From IMG/VR virus record IMGVR_UViG_3300045988_170943, positions 64,001 to 128,000 of that record: a stretch of 64,000 bases of DNA; one strand, 5' to 3'. Below are positions 57,701-64,000 of this stretch, in pieces. Within the stretch, counting starts at the first letter, position 1. Every line of letters begins with the position of its first letter. The notes beneath the pieces are model-generated. The model worked only from the letters and a program-made list of their open reading frames with translations. It had not been told where the DNA came from and ran no database searches. This DNA comes from a virus. The position numbers and the translations under genes are program-made.

Positions 57701-58962
57701 CAGGTGCCAACTCGGGTAGATGTGTTGTTTCTGGTTCTATCTCCGCAGCGAGAACAGGTTCTAGAGGTGTCTTTAGCACTCACCTTGGTTACTTTAAGGC
57801 CGTAGCGCTTAGCCGTATTCTCAATGCGACTCTGAATCTCCGCATGAGGCCAACGACCTCCCTGAGCATCCAGCCAGGACAGGTTCTCTAAAGAAACGTG
57901 AGCGTCGTTCCGATCTGCGATCTCTACTACCTGGCTGGCGATGCACTGACTGATCTCGCGCTTGATACGAGTGGCCTTAGCACTGACTCGCCTGGCTTCT
58001 TCTCTGAGAACTTGGGCGTGCTGATCTCGATTGTGCTTCTCGCAGAGGTTCGCTCGCTCGTACAGATGAGCGGCTAGATCGCGGCGTTTCTGTTCCTTCT
58101 TAACTAAGGCTCCGAGTCGTCTCTTATAGTTGGCGTGATATGGGGCAGACCTGTGCTTACTCTTAGGATCGATGACTGTAGCGACGAACGGCTCGACCTT
58201 ACCCAGATCAACACCCGTGATTATCTTGGTCTGGCTGGCATCTATTTCGTGCTCAATAGTGATGTCGAAGACGACCTGTCCCTTGTTGTTCAGGCGGATA
58301 GTTGGACGACAGATCTTACCTTCACTGAATCTCTCGCTGTTCTCTGGTAGCCTGAGATAGAGTCTGGTGAGACCATAAGTAGGCGTCTTAACCTGAACAG
58401 TGACACTTAGAGGATCGTTGTCATCTCTTGATGCTTTGGGCGCGAAGTGAGTGTCACAGACCGCCAGGTTCAGTTTAGCGCTCACGCCTGGTAGAGACGC
58501 TTTCCTTTCGCCCTTGATGTGATAACGTCTCAGGTGAGAGCAGACCATGCCACTGGTTGGTTGCGGGGCATCAGGATAGGTGTTCTTGTAATGAGATAGT
58601 ATCTGGTCCGGTTTTGTCGTGCTCGGGTGAGTACTCATTACTTGGAACAGGCCAACACTCATGGCGTACAGTTCCAGAGCACTCACTACGTTTGAGACCA
58701 GCATCTCGTTCATATTGTGCTTCTGAAACGAGAAGCCGTAGCGACTCAGCCTCTTCCTGCCCCAGGAGTTCAGAGAACCAGTCGGCCTGTCACCTTGCAG
58801 AGCCTTGATCGCTAAATCATGAAACTCACGGCTGGCAAGCACCTCTCGTTCTGACTCGGCCATCCAGGCGACCATCTGAGCCAGATCGCGTTCAACCTGC
58901 TCCACGTCAACCCCGCCGTCAGTGGTGAACCTGTGCCTGGTTACTGCGTCGTAGTACTTCAC
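57430..58962 (-). CDS. tnpB: TnpB-like RuvC/zinc-finger nuclease, distinct family (copy 3)
   Basis: RuvC-I 'ITGVDLGKVEPFVATV', RuvC-II 'VSLENLSWL', a zinc finger 'CSRCG...CTTCG' and RuvC-III 'NRDVSASREIALRA'. The GTG start is preceded by the SD AAGGAGG. The functional C-terminus probably ends before the listed stop. Confidence 0.7.
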   Translation of the reverse strand: MKYYDAVTRHRFTTDGGVDVEQVERDLAQMVAWMAESEREVLASREFHDLAIKALQGDRPTGSLNSWGRKRLSRYGFSFQKHNMNEMLVSNVVSALELYAMSVGLFQVMSTHPSTTKPDQILSHYKNTYPDAPQPTSGMVCSHLRRYHIKGERKASLPGVSAKLNLAVCDTHFAPKASRDDNDPLSVTVQVKTPTYGLTRLYLRLPENSERFSEGKICRPTIRLNNKGQVVFDITIEHEIDASQTKIITGVDLGKVEPFVATVIDPKSKHRSAPYHANYKRRLGALVKKEQKRRDLAAHLYERANLCEKHNRDQHAQVLREEARRVSAKATRIKREISQCIASQVVEIADRNDAHVSLENLSWLDAQGGRWPHAEIQSRIENTAKRYGLKVTKVSAKDTSRTCSRCGDRTRNNTSTRVGTCTTCGFELNRDVSASREIALRAASPSSRTRERMRSLLRQRKEMRSSAVTRQSKPVTALSRIQGHTGTSEIKTEATLMMVRETLDSRGSPT

Positions 58963-59264
58963 AGGCTCACCTCCTTCTTGACGAGTTGATTAGCATAGAT
59001 GTGTGTATTGTAACACAGAGTGAGTGATGCTACAAGTCAAGGAATTGTAAAGGACTAGTGTGACTGCGGGCAACAGTGTTGCGGTACGCCTAATCAAAGA
59101 AGCCCTCAACGTATGGTATCCGCGATTCATCAGTAAGTACCTTTTCGTCATACTTCCTTCTCCTTCGGATTGGTCTCTTGGTTGGCTCTGCTAGTTGTTC
59201 TCTCCAACAATAGTGGAGGTTCCCGCCCTTGTTCAGAGGTAGTGGTCTTCCCCGTTTCCCCTTG

Positions 59265-60041
59265 TTACTGCCTGCCACCCTTAGTTGCATGTGACTCCAT
59301 CCTGTCGAGCGCAGCAATGTGTGACTCTGATGTGAGTAGCATTGAGTCCCACCACAAGGTGATGCGCCCATAGTTCACGTCGAACAGATGGTCTGGGCGA
59401 CCCTGGTTCGTGTCCCTGGTGACGCCGATCCCACGGAAGGCGCCTGTTATCGCCCTCCACAAATCTAGGTAGAAGGTGTTGTCGGTGGTCTCAAAGTCAA
59501 TGAAACTCCCGTCAGGGCCAGTCACTCCCACCTCGACATGGTTGATGTCATACTTGGAGTCATTACCAACGATCTTAACCCATGCCACACCCCCACCCCA
59601 CCCTTTAACAAGGGTCCCACCAACTTTATACAGAGATAAGTAAAAACCAGGATTGCCGGATAGGTACGAGATGAGATACTGAGACACTTGAGCCTCTGCC
59701 CTCATGCCCTTGAAAACCGCCTTCAACTCCTCATCGTCACCATCAATCGCTCGCCTACTAGAGAAGTAGGTGCGTCCGTCAAAAAGTTTCGCTGGCACCT
59801 TGAATACCCAACTGTCACCAAATGTGTGAATCGAGAACTCAGGCGTGTCAATAGCGAGATCATATTTGTTAGTAGAACCTTCAAGGCTTGTTGCTACCTG
59901 AACTATGTTACATCCGGCATCAAATGCCATCTCTACAGCGAGACGAATCCTAGGGTTGTCAATTTCATCTAGATCGCTGGAAAACCGGTAGTAGTTCTTC
60001 TCTGGGAAGTACCTTGTCATGGAAATCTTAGAACCGTCCAT
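59265..60041 (-). CDS. hypothetical protein
   Basis: 258-aa ORF. Confidence 0.45.
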   Translation of the reverse strand: MDGSKISMTRYFPEKNYYRFSSDLDEIDNPRIRLAVEMAFDAGCNIVQVATSLEGSTNKYDLAIDTPEFSIHTFGDSWVFKVPAKLFDGRTYFSSRRAIDGDDEELKAVFKGMRAEAQVSQYLISYLSGNPGFYLSLYKVGGTLVKGWGGGVAWVKIVGNDSKYDINHVEVGVTGPDGSFIDFETTDNTFYLDLWRAITGAFRGIGVTRDTNQGRPDHLFDVNYGRITLWWDSMLLTSESHIAALDRMESHATKGGRQ

Positions 60042-60181
60042 CTTGATTATTCTCTCGTCTTTCTTTTTTAGTGGCTCTATCTGAATTACTATAGCACACC
60101 AGCGCCAGTTCTCGGAAGTAGCATCGTCTGTTACTCACATCACAGCGTAGAAGAGAGCACAAACATGAGGTGCCTTAACAT

Positions 60182-60613
60182 CTAGGTAGCATCGCCCGCC
60201 TGGGAGAGCAGTTCCTCTGGATGCATCTTCTGCAACGTGCTCAACATGCCTCCCCGGTTGAGTGCAACCCCTTGATCGTCCATATTCAGGACGAACTCGA
60301 TGAACACCTTACCTGGGACGCGATCTCGGACCTCAGTCACCACAAAAATAGGGCACCTTTGGGAAGTGTACGACTCCCAGAGAAACAGGAACGGCTCGTC
60401 GTCTTCAACAACGCCGGTCATGTCTCCATCACAGAGGTCTTCGAGCAGTGACCGGAACCCGCATCCATCCTTACCGTCAAAGTCGCCACGATAGTCACAA
60501 AGACTACGCAATATGGACACGCACGTGCGTGGGTCTTTATCGACGCTGAAACCCAATATGACATTGTTGCTGTCATCTGTTTGGTGAGTCAGGAAAATAT
60601 GCACCTCAGCCAC
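60182..60613 (-). CDS. hypothetical acidic protein
   Basis: 143-aa ORF. Confidence 0.45.
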   Translation of the reverse strand: MAEVHIFLTHQTDDSNNVILGFSVDKDPRTCVSILRSLCDYRGDFDGKDGCGFRSLLEDLCDGDMTGVVEDDEPFLFLWESYTSQRCPIFVVTEVRDRVPGKVFIEFVLNMDDQGVALNRGGMLSTLQKMHPEELLSQAGDAT

Positions 60614-60622
60614 TTTCTGAAC

Positions 60623-61258
60623 CTACCTCTGACCTTCTGGCCGCCAATAGGTGATGCCCTCGCCCGCCATCTCCGCTAGAGTCTCACTCGCCTGGTAGCG
60701 GGCACTCGTGTCGTAAAGATCCCACTGGGCAGCAGACGCGCCCTGCTGAGAGCCCCTTTCGCGGACAGGCCGCCCCACAGCGAGTACGCCAGCGTGAAGG
60801 TCGATAAACACCCCAGGAAGGGTACTCTCACCCCACCCAATGGCAGGGGCGTCCACCGCAGTCAGCCCGCCCCTACCAGCGACACGCACACCCTCCAGCA
60901 GAACAGCAGGAAAAACAGGGGTGCCCTCATCATCATTAATGTTTTCAGGTTCCATCTCCCAGACCTTGGAGCACAGGCCGCCAATGAGATGATCCATAAG
61001 GTCTGTCGAGCCCCGAACCCCAGTCAGGACGTCCTGGTAGCGTTCAAACACTGACTCCACCAGTCCCCGCAGAAGGCGAATCATCTCAACCCTCTTCGTG
61101 CTGCACAGGTAAACCGTCTGGTACGTAATCTCAACCTCACCACCAACATTGCGTACCACGTTCGAGACGAAAGAGACCGCCACACTCTCCAAGGGCCTTG
61201 TGCTCACATCCTCCTTGAAGTCCACGCCAAGAAGTCGCCCAATTAGATGCCTCATCAT
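60623..61258 (-). CDS. hypothetical protein
   Basis: 211-aa ORF. Confidence 0.45.
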   Translation of the reverse strand: MMRHLIGRLLGVDFKEDVSTRPLESVAVSFVSNVVRNVGGEVEITYQTVYLCSTKRVEMIRLLRGLVESVFERYQDVLTGVRGSTDLMDHLIGGLCSKVWEMEPENINDDEGTPVFPAVLLEGVRVAGRGGLTAVDAPAIGWGESTLPGVFIDLHAGVLAVGRPVRERGSQQGASAAQWDLYDTSARYQASETLAEMAGEGITYWRPEGQR

Positions 61259-61389
61259 CCTCTACACCTCCCCAGGTAGGGCCACTTACAACTCAACCTA
61301 TACTTTACGACACGGAGGTGACATGTGTCAACAAGCATATTGTGCTCTATGTCACACATACGAATCTCGTCACCTCACCGCCCACTGGG

Positions 61390-61418
61390 TTGCCTCACAC
61401 TTCCGCCTAGTGTATGCT
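61390..61418 (+). promoter_or_regulatory. sigma70-like promoter TTGCCT-N17-TATGCT
   Basis: Read directly from the sequence, upstream of the 61474 gene. Confidence 0.4.
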
Positions 61419-61473
61419 GGACGGCAGGAAACAGGTCAACTACACCAACAAGCAACACGGACAGGAGTCATAG

Positions 61474-62598
61474 ATGAGTGGCCTTACTACCAAAGTACGA
61501 GACATCTTCAAGGCGCGTGTAGCCAAGAAGTCATCGTACACCCCTGAGGACAAGGGGATCACCTACCTGTCACGTCTTCCAAAGAGCATGGTTCAGGCGA
61601 TCCTGGGCACAGGGCTATGTCAAAGTTCAACAGTGGATCGCCAGTTTCTTCTGCCTCCCTTCTTCTGGTCTGTCTCGGGTGATGTCAACATTGAGCCTCT
61701 GGGGATGCTGTTCGGGATCTCTGACGGCAGGATCGTTGTGGACGCATTCAACATGCATGACAACAGCGATGAAGGCAACAACGTCACTTGCTATGCCAGC
61801 CGACACTTCTACCTTCCAGTGGGCAAGTATCTGGTGTATATGGCGGCTGAGAGCAGCCGGTTCGCGCCGCACCCAACTAGGGGTGATGTTGATGCTGTTG
61901 TCATGTCGTCGTTGTTCAAGTTGGCGGCGAAGGTGTACGCAATGTGGGCGGTCACTGCTGATGGCAGTCGTTGGCCTTACAGTTGGGATGCTAGTTGGTT
62001 CCCGCATGATGATGGGCGGACTGAACTTCTTCTTAAGCGTGTGAGTGGTCACGACCTGGTTTACGGATTCTCTGTTGACACCGACCTTGTAGAGGCCACT
62101 CAGGATAATGGTGACGTGAAAGACATCCTGTCGGTCTCACTGAAGAAGAGACACATCGATGCCGAATCTCCTAATGAGTTTCAGTACATTGTGGATCGCA
62201 TCGCTAACCCCTTGATTGAAGTGGGGTACGACGTCAACAGTCACATCACCTATGACGACGAGGTGGTCCAGGAAATCGTCGTCAACATTGATGTAACCAC
62301 CAGCACCACGGCATGGAATGGGGCTTCAAGTTGTAGGTTCTTCCAGGATCTTGAAACCATCCTCCGTGAGGTCACCCCCGCAAGACATAAGCCCTTGTTC
62401 ATCCTTGAAAGCGAGTCGAACCAAGAGCATTCTGCCCACCCTCAAGATCTTACCCTGTGCCCACTTGAAGCGATTGGCAGCAAGGATGATAGTGTCGCAC
62501 GATCCTACTATGATGATGCGATGAAACTGGCAGAAGAGACCATCCGATCCAGTGTCACCAGCAAAAATAGGTACCATAGTAGCGGCACCATCCAGTAA
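61474..62598 (+). CDS. hypothetical protein
   Basis: The SD 'caggagtcatag' precedes the ATG. Confidence 0.55.
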   Translation: MSGLTTKVRDIFKARVAKKSSYTPEDKGITYLSRLPKSMVQAILGTGLCQSSTVDRQFLLPPFFWSVSGDVNIEPLGMLFGISDGRIVVDAFNMHDNSDEGNNVTCYASRHFYLPVGKYLVYMAAESSRFAPHPTRGDVDAVVMSSLFKLAAKVYAMWAVTADGSRWPYSWDASWFPHDDGRTELLLKRVSGHDLVYGFSVDTDLVEATQDNGDVKDILSVSLKKRHIDAESPNEFQYIVDRIANPLIEVGYDVNSHITYDDEVVQEIVVNIDVTTSTTAWNGASSCRFFQDLETILREVTPARHKPLFILESESNQEHSAHPQDLTLCPLEAIGSKDDSVARSYYDDAMKLAEETIRSSVTSKNRYHSSGTIQ

Positions 62599-62610
62599 GA
62601 AAGGCCAACC

Positions 62611-63018
62611 ATGACACAGAAGAACACCAACCCCACCCACCCTGACCGCGGAGACTGGGAGATGCCAGTAATCCTAGGAATCCTCCTCCTAGCCATAGTG
62701 ATTGGAGCATTTTTCGGCCCCATGATAGGGAAGCCGACCTTCCATGACGGCACCATTCACGTGGACTCACAGGGAGCCATCTCGTTCACAACCGATGCTG
62801 GCACTTACTCCAAGATCCCTAAGGAGATTGTCACCTATGCTGGCGGCGACGACATCAAGGACGGCCAGATCGGGTGCCTGAAGACGCAGAAGAAGGATGA
62901 CGGAGAGAAGTACGCCAAGTTGTACGCTGGCGGCAATTGCAAGGAGTACAAGGAAAAGCAGGACAAGGAAAAAGACAGGAACACACCTGTTATCTACCCA
63001 GTGTGGGTAGTGCACTAA
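62611..63018 (+). CDS. membrane-anchored Lys-rich protein
   Basis: The SD 'gaaagg' precedes the ATG. TM segment 'VILGILLLAIVIGAFFGPMIG'. Confidence 0.5.
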   Translation: MTQKNTNPTHPDRGDWEMPVILGILLLAIVIGAFFGPMIGKPTFHDGTIHVDSQGAISFTTDAGTYSKIPKEIVTYAGGDDIKDGQIGCLKTQKKDDGEKYAKLYAGGNCKEYKEKQDKEKDRNTPVIYPVWVVH

Positions 63019-63120
63019 CCCGCATCCAGATGACTGGCGAGGTCGTTTCGTGCCGTTGTCGCCCTGACCGCCACCTACAGTGGGGTTGACACATACCAGA
63101 ACACATGAGACAATGGCTCC

Positions 63121-63759
63121 ATGAAGATCACAAGCATTATCAAGAACGTAACGTGGAGGTTCGTCAGGAAGCATCTGCTGGCGAACTACAGGCGCGGCTT
63201 TGCCACAAACTCCTCATCCTCACACTCCTTCGTCTACCTGAAGAGCACTCCCGAGGATGCCTATAGGGAAGAGTACTTCGACCCAGCCGGAGAGTACTAT
63301 GGCTGGGATGACTTCAAACTCTCTTCCATCATGGGCAAGTTGTTCTACGTCCTATCACAGAAGGTGCATGGATGGGAGTCCATGGACGAGGATGAGAAGC
63401 AGATGATTCGTGACGAGTTCCCTGAGGCCGATGACGGCATGATTCAAGCTGCCTCTGAGAGCGAGGTTGATCACGAGTCGTTCGGTGTCGTCACTCCAGA
63501 GATTGCTCGCAACCCGTACACCGTCGTGTTTGGCGGAAATGACAATGACGGCTATAGTTATGAGCGCGCCAAGGTTGTTTCCAGCGGCTTGGTTGACTGG
63601 ACCAAGACCGAGCCTGAGTGGGGGGATACAGAGAGGGTGGGTAGCGATCCGAAATCCCCTCTGGTGGCTGAGATGATCCAGGGTCTCAGGGAGCAGGGCT
63701 GGTCTGATGAGAGAATTGAGTACGAACTTCGCATCGATCTGAGCGAGGATGACCGATGA
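63121..63759 (+). CDS. hypothetical acidic protein
   Basis: 212-aa ORF. Its stop overlaps the start of the next gene. Confidence 0.5.
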   Translation: MKITSIIKNVTWRFVRKHLLANYRRGFATNSSSSHSFVYLKSTPEDAYREEYFDPAGEYYGWDDFKLSSIMGKLFYVLSQKVHGWESMDEDEKQMIRDEFPEADDGMIQAASESEVDHESFGVVTPEIARNPYTVVFGGNDNDGYSYERAKVVSSGLVDWTKTEPEWGDTERVGSDPKSPLVAEMIQGLREQGWSDERIEYELRIDLSEDDR

Positions 63760-64000
63760 GGCGTTACGGTGTTCGTTTCGATAGGAACGCTGTCTCGTTC
63801 TTTGACAGGGTTGATGGCACGAAGATCAGGTTCGCTGTCGGCAGGTATGAGAAGGCTGGCAAGCCCGAACTAGCCGACGTAAAAATTAGTGACTACTGCC
63901 CCATTGGGTGTGAATTTTGCTATATGGACTCTACTATTTTTGGTAAGCATGGGTCCGTAGAAAACATTGAGGCCATTGCTCGTGAGATGGGCAAGGCTAA
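63756..64000 (+). CDS. radical SAM enzyme (5' part; truncated by the window end)
   Basis: Canonical CX3CX2C 'CPIGCEFC' near the N-terminus. The start overlaps the upstream stop (ATGA). Confidence 0.5.
   Translation, partial: MRRYGVRFDRNAVSFFDRVDGTKIRFAVGRYEKAGKPELADVKISDYCPIGCEFCYMDSTIFGKHGSVENIEAIAREMGKA

Noticed and set aside
1-64000. CRISPR array search near the TnpB/Cas12-like genes
   Set aside because: No regularly spaced direct repeats were detected by eye in intergenic regions. The only shared repeat near the nucleases is the ωRNA module itself.

Overview
The window is a gene-dense, phage- or mobile-element-like region. It contains about 80 mostly short ORFs arranged in long co-directional blocks, with + strand genes from roughly 5.9 kb to 33 kb and mixed orientation elsewhere. 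Almost every ORF sits behind a strong GGAGG/AAGGAG Shine-Dalgarno, so the host is bacterial and probably Gram-positive or Actinobacteria-like; GC content is about 55%. Bidirectional hairpin terminators lie at convergent gene junctions. Few products are recognisable: there are no structural, terminase or rRNA/tRNA genes, and many proteins are acidic.

Recognisable content:
- Three TnpB-like RuvC/zinc-finger nucleases without any TnpA. Two are diverged copies (about 75% identical) of one IS200/IS605-type tnpB-only element. Their 3' ends carry a roughly 160-nt RNA module that is far more conserved than the coding sequence, followed by unrelated sequence; this is the architecture of an ωRNA scaffold plus guide.
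- A four-gene operon with its own promoter and terminator: a radical-SAM-like protein, an NadE-like NAD+ synthetase, and a translationally coupled fusion of an NMNAT-like nucleotidyltransferase with a type-I PRTase/PRPP-synthetase-like domain. This is a candidate NAD+ reconstitution (anti-defence) module.
- A minimal ligase-like nucleotidyltransferase.
- A zeta-toxin/PNK-like P-loop kinase.
- A type IV prepilin-like protein.
- A second radical SAM gene, truncated at the window edge.

Four paralogous protein families are present, with 5, 3, 2 and 2 members. A composite promoter-like motif (AGTTCACWY-N8-GTTGNN-N17/18-TANNNT) recurs at least 10 times in intergenic regions.

No CRISPR array or tRNA was found.
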